A stretch of DNA of 24,000 bases from Candidatus Thorarchaeota archaeon (lineage in GTDB: Archaea > Asgardarchaeota > Thorarchaeia > Thorarchaeales > Thorarchaeaceae). A program made the translations under genes and the position numbers. Numbering within the stretch: the stretch's first letter is position 1; the number at the start of each line of letters is the position of its first letter. The DNA lies in assembly GCA_046758445.1 (NCBI GenBank), contig JBHIAE010000002.1, forward strand, positions 48,994 through 72,993. Direction: 5' to 3'. Under the pieces are notes generated by a model. The model was given only the letters and a program-made list of their open reading frames with translations. It ran no database searches and was not told where the DNA came from. Positions 16,659 through 24,000 of this stretch are shown piece by piece.

Positions 16659-17198
16659 CTAGACTGCGGGCTCTTCACCATTGCTCTTTAAAGTTTCCAA
16701 GTTTCGCCCGTAGTTTCTAGGAATCTCTACCCGTCTGATCTTGAGGCCTGACTCCCTGATGAGCTGAGTGGCCAGGTCATCCTCATACTCCTCGTTGTAG
16801 ACTATCTCAACAATTCCCGCATTGATCAGTATCTTTGTGCAGATACTGCAGGGCTTGGTTGTGCAGTAGACCTCTGCTCCCCTTACACTCACACCATGGT
16901 ATGCTGCCTGAATCACTGCATTCTGTTCGGCGTGAAGGCCTCTACAGAGTTCATGTCTTTCGCCCGGTTTGACCCCCTGATTCTCACGCACACAACCGAC
17001 ATCTTCACAGTGGGGAAGGCCTTTGGGGGCCCCGTTGTAGCCGGTACTCAGAATCTGGGCCTCTTTGACAACCACCGCTCCAACTTGGTTCCTGAGACAC
17101 GTACTCCGTGATGACACAAGGTCAGCAATCTCGCCAAAGTACACGTCCTTGCTCTTCCTGACCAAAGAGTCTACAGCTCCTTGCCGCTGATGTGTCAA
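16659..17198 (-). CDS. Deoxycytidylate (dCMP) deaminase family protein
   Basis: [61 protein letters not shown] (HAE and PCxxC zinc motifs). Confidence 0.9.
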   Translation of the reverse strand: MTHQRQGAVDSLVRKSKDVYFGEIADLVSSRSTCLRNQVGAVVVKEAQILSTGYNGAPKGLPHCEDVGCVRENQGVKPGERHELCRGLHAEQNAVIQAAYHGVSVRGAEVYCTTKPCSICTKILINAGIVEIVYNEEYEDDLATQLIRESGLKIRRVEIPRNYGRNLETLKSNGEEPAV

Positions 17199-17323
17199 CC
17201 TCTCTTAAGAAGGTCGTTGTTAGACCACATATCATTCACATTTCGTAGTCGAAAGGCGAAAGGTAAAAAGAGCAGGTCAAGCGTGATGGGATGAACCTCA
17301 AGTGAAATTGGAAGCCCAGCATC

Positions 17324-17680
17324 ATGAGAAAGCGGGATGGAAAGATAGTAGTGTGGCCAGCCTACCTAGATTCAACCCTCACCAGAGCACAGGGACGTAG
17401 GATTCCCAAGAATCTCGGAGCACCTGACATCTCAATCAAGATTCTCAAGGAGGCTGCAGACTCGGCAGGGTTCGACTCCGAGGTCGAAGCTGAGAAGGTA
17501 TACCCGCGCGGCTGGAACAGATCTTCTGGCTATCTAGTCGTTGAAAACCCAGAGAAACACAAGAAGAAGCGTCTAATCCTGATGCTGGCAAAGAGCGTAA
17601 GAAGAGTCGTTGCAAAACGTGACTCCGCAAGGAAGGAAGCGGAGAAGAAGAAGAAGGCCAAGAAGAAGAAGAAACGATAG
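17324..17680 (+). CDS. srp19: Signal recognition particle 19 kDa protein
   Basis: VVWPAYLDSTLTRAQGRRIPKNLGAPDISIKILKEAADSAG...YPRGWNRSSGYLVV; Lys-rich tail. Confidence 0.92.
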   Translation: MRKRDGKIVVWPAYLDSTLTRAQGRRIPKNLGAPDISIKILKEAADSAGFDSEVEAEKVYPRGWNRSSGYLVVENPEKHKKKRLILMLAKSVRRVVAKRDSARKEAEKKKKAKKKKKR

Positions 17681-17684
17681 GCGC

Positions 17685-17948
17685 ATGATTCTGGGAGGTC
17701 AAGAATTGAAGAGGCTCGGCAAGGTTCTTCATGTGTCGAAGAGGGGGTCCCTAATCCTCAGGACAGACAAGACACCTCCCATTGGCGAGCGCTCCGTTGT
17801 TATGAATAAGCAAGCCGAGAAAATAGGCACGATAATTGACGTGTTTGGACCAGTCAAAAACCCGTATGTCGCTGTAAGTCCTCTGAACAAGGACACTTCT
17901 CACAAGCTTGTTGGTCAGGTATTATACCTCTACAAGCGCAAAAAGTGA
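17685..17948 (+). CDS. gar1: H/ACA RNP protein Gar1
   Basis: LGKVLHVSKRGSLILRTDKTPPIGERSVVMNKQAEKIGTIIDVFGPVKNPYVAVSP; typical SRP19-Gar1 neighbourhood. Start at ATG 17685, not the tracked 17610. Confidence 0.9.
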   Translation: MILGGQELKRLGKVLHVSKRGSLILRTDKTPPIGERSVVMNKQAEKIGTIIDVFGPVKNPYVAVSPLNKDTSHKLVGQVLYLYKRKK

Positions 17949-18078
17949 TGCTCGCTTCTGTACATCGATGTTCTCCTGAGGACGCAAGCTGCCGAAATCG
18001 TGGAGCAGCTTCCGAAATCTAAATATCAATTCGTGCAGAATGTTCGACGTTGCCACGTGTTAATCAAAGGTCATCTCA

Positions 18079-18432
18079 ATGAACGATGTAACGGACCGGA
18101 TTCTGGAGGCTCTCCGAGCCGTTGGTGAAAACGGTCTAGTCATCGAGGAACTGAAGACCGGGCTTGGCATTGATTCAAGGAATCTGGCCAAGAGCATCAA
18201 GCGACTGAAGTCCCAGAGGCTAATCAAAGTGCAGAAACAAGAACTGAAAGAGGAAAGATACGTCATCAGAGCTGAGATCAGCGATGAAGCTGAGCCCGGT
18301 AGCCTATCTGACATGAACGGTTGTCCCTGCTTCCACTGTCTAAGAATCAGCAAGTGTGGCGTTCGACAGCCTGACTCTCCAGTCAGCTGTAAGAACCTAG
18401 AAGAGTGGATGTTAGGTTCGGAAGCAGCCTAA
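18079..18432 (+). CDS. RPC34/Rpc39-like protein: winged helix plus C-terminal Cys-rich (Fe-S-like) motif
   Basis: N-terminal winged helix (ILEALRAVGENGLVIEELKTGLGIDSRNLAKSIKRLKSQRLIKVQ) and C-terminal C-x2-C-x5-C-x10-C (CFHCLRISKCGVRQPDSPVSCKNLEEWM). Confidence 0.7.
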   Translation: MNDVTDRILEALRAVGENGLVIEELKTGLGIDSRNLAKSIKRLKSQRLIKVQKQELKEERYVIRAEISDEAEPGSLSDMNGCPCFHCLRISKCGVRQPDSPVSCKNLEEWMLGSEAA

Positions 18433-19046
18433 TCCACATTCCTATCTGACTTCTTCAAAGGGCCTGTAGCAAGCAGATAAATCTCCGCACTTGTCCTGCG
18501 TGATGCATCAGGCTTGAGAAGTCTTACGGATTGATACTGTTCTTTGACAGATTGGAGGAACTCTTGAAATCCACTGCCTTGGAAGACTTTGGTCAGTACC
18601 TTTCCGCTCTGCCCAAGCAATTCAAGACCGATTCCCAGAGTAGCCTCCACAAGAGCCAGTTGTCTTGCGACATCAAGGTCCCAGTTTCCGGTGACCTTTG
18701 GAGCACAGTCTGATACCACAAGGTCGACTGATCCTCTGGTCATCTCCCTGATTCTCTCCACGGTTGCGGGACTCAGTATGTCCCCCTGAATGAAAGTAGC
18801 TCTCTCAACCGCTTGCATCGGCACTAAGTCGACTGCCACTATCTCTATTTCACTATCTAGTTCACGGAGAACTTGAGTCCAGCCTCCCGGACTGCTGCAG
18901 AGATCGAGCACGCGGTCAACACCACCAAGGAGCTTGTGTTTCTTTGCAATCTGCTTGAGCTTGTAGGCACTTCTTGCCCGGTATCCCTTGGCCTTGGCTG
19001 CTCTATAATAGTGCTCCTTCTTGCGCAGTTTCTTTGGCTTTCCCAT
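18429..19046 (-). CDS. rlmE: FtsJ/RlmE-family RNA ribose 2'-O-methyltransferase
   Basis: GYRARSAYKLKQIAKKHKLL, VLDLCSSPGGWTQVLRE, VDLVVSDCAPKVTGNWDLD, GKVLTKVFQG. Confidence 0.92.
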   Translation of the reverse strand: MGKPKKLRKKEHYYRAAKAKGYRARSAYKLKQIAKKHKLLGGVDRVLDLCSSPGGWTQVLRELDSEIEIVAVDLVPMQAVERATFIQGDILSPATVERIREMTRGSVDLVVSDCAPKVTGNWDLDVARQLALVEATLGIGLELLGQSGKVLTKVFQGSGFQEFLQSVKEQYQSVRLLKPDASRRTSAEIYLLATGPLKKSDRNVD

Positions 19047-19050
19047 CTGT

Positions 19051-20256
19051 CTACTTCACTCCGGAAAGATCACTAATCACTCTGCCTAGTTCTCCAATTG
19101 ATGCATTGGTTCGAATCGCAGTCGGTCTGAAGTGGGTCCTTGATGCCGAATGCCCAAGATCTCTCACTCTCTGCATCACTGTATCAGTCTTTGGGGGTGC
19201 AAGTCCATGAACGTCGCACAGAACATGGAGGTCCACATATGGATTGTCCGTTAGCTCCGCTTCCTCCCGCATAAGTGGCAAGACTGTTGATACGCGTCTA
19301 TGGAAACCAGCTTCTCCCTCCGCCAGAAACGTCAGTGCGGTATCAAGCAGGGACACATCGAAGAGATCACCGATCCAGAGTGGGCCTGCAACGGTTGGCA
19401 TTCCAACACAGGTGTCTGTTTCATGCTTGAATTCGCTCTTCTGCAGTGATTCTCTCAACGAAACAGTTTCAGCGCGCATACAGGTCTTACAAAAGCGTAT
19501 CAGGCCCATCTTGTCAGCCTGTATGTTTCCTTCGCTCTTGCTGCCCTCAATTCTGACCCACACTCTGACGTAGTGGTCAGTGCTCAATACTGCAAGAGGC
19601 TCAATTGACCTGTCATTAGCACCTCCTGCAGAGTAGGCCGCACCCAGGAGAAGTCGTACGGCAAGCTCATGCACGAAAGGCGCTCGTATAGACAGTCCGC
19701 CGTATTTCCGCAGAGCCACATTGGGGTGGACTCCGCACAGTGCTGGCATGTCAGTCGCTGTGAGAGCGAGCATACCGACACGAGGATTCAAGGACTGTAT
19801 CGCAGCACTCAGATAGGGTGCAGGACTTCCAAAAGGGTCTACATCTACAAAGCCAAACCTTCGGGTCCGCGATTCAGTCAAGAGCAAGACTTTGGCATCT
19901 CCCCTCTTGACTTTCGCTCGAGATTGAAGATTGAGCCGTTCTATGTTCCTTTCTGCCATCTCAACGGCTACGGGATTTATGTCAAACATCAAGGCTTTGA
20001 AGCTGCCCGGACATTCATTCAGATAGCGAAGAGTTCTGATACCTGAACCTGTCAAAGGTTCGCAGAGAAGGTCAATGGAGTTCGTTTCAAGATAAGCACG
20101 CAGGAACAGCACAGACAGGTCTCGATTCAATCTCATACGTGGATTATAGAAGACAGGTAGGTCTGTCGCTGGTTGCTCCTTATTCGCACTATAGTGCTCA
20201 ACATCTGCACTCATGAAAGAGGTCTTGCCTTCTGTGTACTCCTTCTCGACAATCAT
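19051..20256 (-). CDS. trm1: tRNA (guanine26-N2)-dimethyltransferase
   Basis: VFYNPRMRLNRDLSVLFLRAY, LCEPLTGSGIRTLRY, FGFVDVDPFGSPAPYL, TATDMPALCG. Start codon not firmly placed. Confidence 0.93.
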   Translation of the reverse strand: MIVEKEYTEGKTSFMSADVEHYSANKEQPATDLPVFYNPRMRLNRDLSVLFLRAYLETNSIDLLCEPLTGSGIRTLRYLNECPGSFKALMFDINPVAVEMAERNIERLNLQSRAKVKRGDAKVLLLTESRTRRFGFVDVDPFGSPAPYLSAAIQSLNPRVGMLALTATDMPALCGVHPNVALRKYGGLSIRAPFVHELAVRLLLGAAYSAGGANDRSIEPLAVLSTDHYVRVWVRIEGSKSEGNIQADKMGLIRFCKTCMRAETVSLRESLQKSEFKHETDTCVGMPTVAGPLWIGDLFDVSLLDTALTFLAEGEAGFHRRVSTVLPLMREEAELTDNPYVDLHVLCDVHGLAPPKTDTVMQRVRDLGHSASRTHFRPTAIRTNASIGELGRVISDLSGVK

Positions 20257-20418
20257 CAGACAGTCAAGCCTCGCTATGTTTTGCTAATAAGGAGACAGGA
20301 TAGACTTTGAGTGTGCGGCCAACTGACCAATGACATCTCCGGAACGTCTAAGAGGAGAACGTGCAGCCAAGAAACAACCAAAGAGGACCTAAAAGAACCG
20401 GACCTAGGGGTGCTAGTC

Positions 20419-20907
20419 ATGACAACAAGAGTAAGAATTGAAACTAACAAGGGAACAATCATTGCAGAGCTATGGCCAGACGCAGCAATCAACACAGTCA
20501 AGAACTTCGTTGAGCTTGCCAGAGATGGCTACTACGATGGAGTGACATTTCATCGGGTAATCTCCGAGTTCGTAGTGCAGGGAGGCGATTCCACAGGAAC
20601 TGGGGGTGGCGGACCGGGCTATGCTATTGTCTGCGAAACTGATGGACCAAAGCAGGAACATATCCAAGGTGCATTATCGATGGCACATGCAGGTGAGAAC
20701 ACAGGTGGAAGTCAGTTCTTCATAGTTCTGAATGCAGAGAAGTGCAAGCATCTGGACAGGAAGCACACCGTTTTCGGAGCAGTGATAGAGGGGTTTGATG
20801 TCGTTGAGGCAATCAGGCAGGGTGACAAGATGACCAAGGTCGAGGTATTGGAGGCAGATCCGGTCGTAGAGAGTCATGAGCTGAAAAAGCTCCCTTCATG
20901 GCGTTGA
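20419..20907 (+). CDS. Cyclophilin-type peptidyl-prolyl cis-trans isomerase
   Basis: TNKGTIIAELWPDAAINTVKNFVELARDGYYDGVTFHRVISEFVVQGGDSTGTG, GSQFFIVL. Start at ATG 20419 rather than 20311. Confidence 0.95.
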   Translation: MTTRVRIETNKGTIIAELWPDAAINTVKNFVELARDGYYDGVTFHRVISEFVVQGGDSTGTGGGGPGYAIVCETDGPKQEHIQGALSMAHAGENTGGSQFFIVLNAEKCKHLDRKHTVFGAVIEGFDVVEAIRQGDKMTKVEVLEADPVVESHELKKLPSWR

Positions 20908-20998
20908 ACAGTCACCTTTACATATCACCCCACATCGTCACACGCCAAGAAATCTAGGAGTAATAACCACAAACATAGTCAGCAAGAGAGGTATCCAG

Positions 20999-23134
20999 AT
21001 GGTAGCTGCCGTATTCATCGGAACATCGATTCTATCAGGAATCCTGGCGATAGTCGTTGCACTCTACTCGTACAGGCTAGTAAGTAAGGCTCATGAAGGG
21101 GACGAGAAGATGAAGACAGTCAGCGCACTGATTGAGGAAGGAGCCTATTCCTTCATCAAGGTCCAATACAAGAATCTTCTAGCCTTCACACTTGTTCTTG
21201 CTCTTCTGATTGCAGTAGTCTTCGCTGAATATGGTATTCCGATCTCAATATCGTATGTTCTTGGGTCGGTGGCAAGTATGGTCGCTGGATACGTCGGGAT
21301 TGTAGTGGCCACGAAGGCCAATCGACGTACAGCCGCAGCAGCAGCCAGTGGAGGTCTGAACCCCGCATTTCAAGTTGCGTTCAGGGCAGGCTCCGTAATG
21401 GGCCTAATGATAGCTGGAATTGCGCTGGTCGGTCTTGGTTCACTCTATTGGCTATGGAACTCGCTTCTCCCTGGTCTCGAGCCAACTGAACTCTGGGAGA
21501 TCATGACCGGTTTCTCCTTCGGAGCAAGCACCGTAGCACTGTTCGCAAAGGCCGGTGGAGGGATATTCACAAAGACGGCTGATATGTCCGCTGACATCGT
21601 GGGGAAGATTGAACAACACATTCCTGAGGATGATCCTCGAAATCCTGCGGCAGTAGCTGACGCTGTTGGTGACAATGTCGGTGATATTGCAGGCACTGGG
21701 GCGGATATCTACGACAGTAATGTGGCAGCAATACTTGCGGCTGCCATTCTGGGAGCTGCAATTGACGTTACAGCATCTCCCTCGCTGCCCTTTGGACTGC
21801 TTCCACTCCTTATTGCAGCCTTGGGCACAATCGCGTCTGTGATAGGGGTGTTCCTCGTCCGTCCCAAGGAGAAAGGTGATCCTGGGCCCGCTCTCAACAG
21901 AGGCACATACATCACTACCATTCTGTTCTCAATCTTCGTTGTGGCCACACTTGTGACGCTGAACCTTGACTTGACTATTGCACTGTTTGCGGTCTCTGGT
22001 CTACTTGCAGGCGTCTTCATAGGATTCACAAGCGATGTCTTCACCAGCGATCGTGGATTGGGTCGATTCAAACCAGTGCCCAATATGGTGACTGCGGCGG
22101 AGAAGAGCGCTGCTAATCTTGTCCTGTCAGGCTACTCTTATGGTCTTCTAAGCGTTGTACCCTCTGTCATTGGCATCGCTGCTGCCATGGTGGTATCGTT
22201 CATACTCGGAGCAAATGCCACGTCTGTCGGCCTTGGAGGAACTGATGGTGGCATCTTTGGTGTGGCAATTGCAGCCGTAGGTCTATTGTCCACAAATGGA
22301 ATGATAATGAGTTCAGACGCCTACGGTCCTATCGTAGACAACGCTAGAGGTGTGATTGAACAGGCTGGCGCCCCTCACGAGGCGATTGTAGCATGTGACA
22401 GACTCGACGCAAGCGGCAACACCACAAAGGCAATCACAAAAGGATTTGCGATAGGAGCCTCTGCAATCTCAGTCCTAGCACTCTTCGCCGCTTTCATTTC
22501 TTCGACCAGATTCCTCGTTCCCCGGGAGCTGCTAGTTGATGTTGTAAATCTGGCCGATCCATTCGTAATGGCAGGAGCACTAGTCGGGGCACTAGTACCA
22601 GTGGCGTTCTCAGCAATGTTAATCCTCGGCGTGGAAGACAATTCTGAGCGCATGATAACCGAGATTCGCAGGCAGTTTACTGAGGACCCTGGAATCCTCG
22701 AGGGCACGTCCAAGCCTGATTACGACCGATGTATCAGCATTGCCACTTCAGGCGCTATCAAGGAGCTGATGCCAGGTACTGTTATGGCAATAATGGTCAC
22801 GATGGTCACAGGTGTCTTTCTTGGACTAGAGGCACTCGCTGGTTACCTGGGCGGTGCCGTGATAACAGGCTTGGTGATGGCCATTCTGATGGATAATTCA
22901 GGAGGGGCTTGGGACAACACAAAGAAGATTATTGAGTCTCCGGAGTACGACCACAGCACTCCCGATTATGAGAGAGTGCATGACAACTCTGTCTTGGGTG
23001 ATATGGTGGGGGATCCATTCAAGGACACTGCTGGGCCGTCGATCAACACGCTTCTCGTGGTGATATCACTCACCGCAACCCTCTTCCTGCCCGTCATAGC
23101 ACAAATACATGCGTGGCTGACGGGACTGATCTAG
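20999..23134 (+). CDS. hppA: Membrane-bound ion-translocating pyrophosphatase, K+-independent type by motif
   Basis: IPEDDPRNPAAVADAVGDNVGDIAG, ASGNTTKAITKGFAIG, DNSGGAWDNTKK, VGDPFKDTAGPSIN. Confidence 0.95.
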   Translation: MVAAVFIGTSILSGILAIVVALYSYRLVSKAHEGDEKMKTVSALIEEGAYSFIKVQYKNLLAFTLVLALLIAVVFAEYGIPISISYVLGSVASMVAGYVGIVVATKANRRTAAAAASGGLNPAFQVAFRAGSVMGLMIAGIALVGLGSLYWLWNSLLPGLEPTELWEIMTGFSFGASTVALFAKAGGGIFTKTADMSADIVGKIEQHIPEDDPRNPAAVADAVGDNVGDIAGTGADIYDSNVAAILAAAILGAAIDVTASPSLPFGLLPLLIAALGTIASVIGVFLVRPKEKGDPGPALNRGTYITTILFSIFVVATLVTLNLDLTIALFAVSGLLAGVFIGFTSDVFTSDRGLGRFKPVPNMVTAAEKSAANLVLSGYSYGLLSVVPSVIGIAAAMVVSFILGANATSVGLGGTDGGIFGVAIAAVGLLSTNGMIMSSDAYGPIVDNARGVIEQAGAPHEAIVACDRLDASGNTTKAITKGFAIGASAISVLALFAAFISSTRFLVPRELLVDVVNLADPFVMAGALVGALVPVAFSAMLILGVEDNSERMITEIRRQFTEDPGILEGTSKPDYDRCISIATSGAIKELMPGTVMAIMVTMVTGVFLGLEALAGYLGGAVITGLVMAILMDNSGGAWDNTKKIIESPEYDHSTPDYERVHDNSVLGDMVGDPFKDTAGPSINTLLVVISLTATLFLPVIAQIHAWLTGLI

Positions 23135-23152
23135 TGCAGGTGGTTCGTTTCT

Positions 23153-24000
23153 ATGCGCTTTGGAGTGGTCGCAATCGAGTTCATACCTGCAGTAGAGAGG
23201 ATTGTCGCCGGTGGTACTCCTGATTTCTCACGCATCAACCTAGTTGAGATTGTCCAAGAAGCCGTAGAAATCGAGCATATCCGAGTTGTGGAAATCCCAA
23301 TGGAGATTGAACAGATGGTGCCTGGTTCGCTGACACCTGAAGTCATTTCCAGATTGGCAGACCTGAAAGAAGAATTAGGCCATTCATACACAGTCCATCT
23401 GCCGTTTTGGTCCATTGAACTCTCAACTTTCAACGAAACGATTAGATCTGCCAGCGTGGACAGTATAGTGCACTCCATAGAACTTGCAGAGGAACTTGCC
23501 CCTGAAATCTATGTACTTCATTCTACAGGAAGCTTGGCCGCAGAATATACCAAGCAGGGCTTTGCGGAAAGCATGAATCTGTTAGTGTGTGGGTATATGA
23601 CATCATTTGCCATGAAGAGTGTGGAGGAGATAGTCACCAAGTCTGAGATTGACCCTTACAAGCTTGCGTTGGAGAATGTTGAGTTCCCCTTCGACTTCAC
23701 CCGCGACGTAGTTGACGAGTTCAACACTGGCGTATGTTTTGATACAGGACACATGCTCACTAAGCAGTCAGGAGATGAAACGCTGTCCGAATTCTATCGA
23801 AAGCATCGTGACCGAATCACAGAGATTCACCTAAATGATGGCGTAGTTGAGAAGAACGAGGCTGGGGGCTATCAGGACCACTTGGTACTCGGTCGAGGTG
23901 AGATGCCAGTTCGGGACTTCTTGATGGAGCTCATCAAAGACAAGTTTGAAGGACCTCTGATATTCGAGCTGACGACCGAAGAAACAGTCGAGTCACTAGA
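23153..24000 (+). CDS. TIM-barrel protein of the sugar phosphate isomerase / AP endonuclease 2 superfamily, truncated at the right edge
   Basis: Continuous frame from ATG 23153 to the window end (absent from the ORF track): MRFGVVAIEFIPAVERIV...YKLALENVEFPF...NTGVCFDTGHML...ITEIHLND...HLVLGRGEMPVRDF...FEGPLIFEL. Confidence 0.8.
   Translation, partial: MRFGVVAIEFIPAVERIVAGGTPDFSRINLVEIVQEAVEIEHIRVVEIPMEIEQMVPGSLTPEVISRLADLKEELGHSYTVHLPFWSIELSTFNETIRSASVDSIVHSIELAEELAPEIYVLHSTGSLAAEYTKQGFAESMNLLVCGYMTSFAMKSVEEIVTKSEIDPYKLALENVEFPFDFTRDVVDEFNTGVCFDTGHMLTKQSGDETLSEFYRKHRDRITEIHLNDGVVEKNEAGGYQDHLVLGRGEMPVRDFLMELIKDKFEGPLIFELTTEETVESL

Noticed and set aside
17610-17684. Arg-rich N-terminal extension MQNVTPQGRKRRRRRRPRRRRNDRR of the Gar1 ORF
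   Set aside because: It is the out-of-frame reading of the SRP19 Lys-rich tail. ATG 17685 gives the normal Gar1 N-terminus.
17941-17985. Possible C/D box sRNA after gar1 (GTGATGC ... CTGA)
   Set aside because: The C-like box overlaps the gar1 stop codon, no proper D' box exists, and the C'-to-D spacing is too short.
21186-23478. Multiple minus-strand ORFs opposite hppA and the TIM-barrel gene
   Set aside because: Shadow ORFs of the hppA and downstream coding frames. No independent evidence.
1-24000. CRISPR arrays or long tandem repeats
   Set aside because: No regularly spaced repeats of 20-50 nt were seen anywhere. The only repetition is within FwdC (beta-helix), the HNH-like duplication and short homopurine Lys codons in srp19.

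Overview
Archaeal chromosomal window, probably Asgard-like (inference). It is dense with housekeeping genes. Left to right it carries: a 5'-truncated glycyl radical enzyme (+); ribosomal proteins L3-L4-L23-L2 (+); a ribbon-helix-helix protein directly upstream of ftsZ (+); an Sm-like protein with a C-terminal extension (-); 2-oxoacid:ferredoxin oxidoreductase beta and gamma subunits (+); a MoaD/ThiS-like protein ending in GG (-); the tetrahydromethanopterin C1 genes mch and fwdC (-) and ftr (+); a HEAT-like protein (-); an HTH plus duplicated HNH-like zinc-finger protein split by one in-frame TGA (+); tRNA-Thr(GGU) with an apparent intron in the T-arm (+); several small hypotheticals (-); tRNA-Pro(UGG) (+); an XRE-type regulator (+); pyrB and dCMP deaminase (-); SRP19, Gar1 and a short RPC34-like protein (+); rlmE/FtsJ and trm1 (-); cyclophilin (+); a membrane pyrophosphatase of apparent K+-independent type (+); and a 3'-truncated TIM-barrel protein (+). 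I found no CRISPR array, defence island or transposase. The most interesting signals are the tRNA-Thr intron at an unusual site with a bulge-helix-bulge-like fold, the TGA-split duplicated HNH-like gene, the minimal RPC34-like protein with a Cys motif, the atypical active-site motif of the glycyl radical enzyme, and repeated 4-nt overlaps of convergent stop codons.
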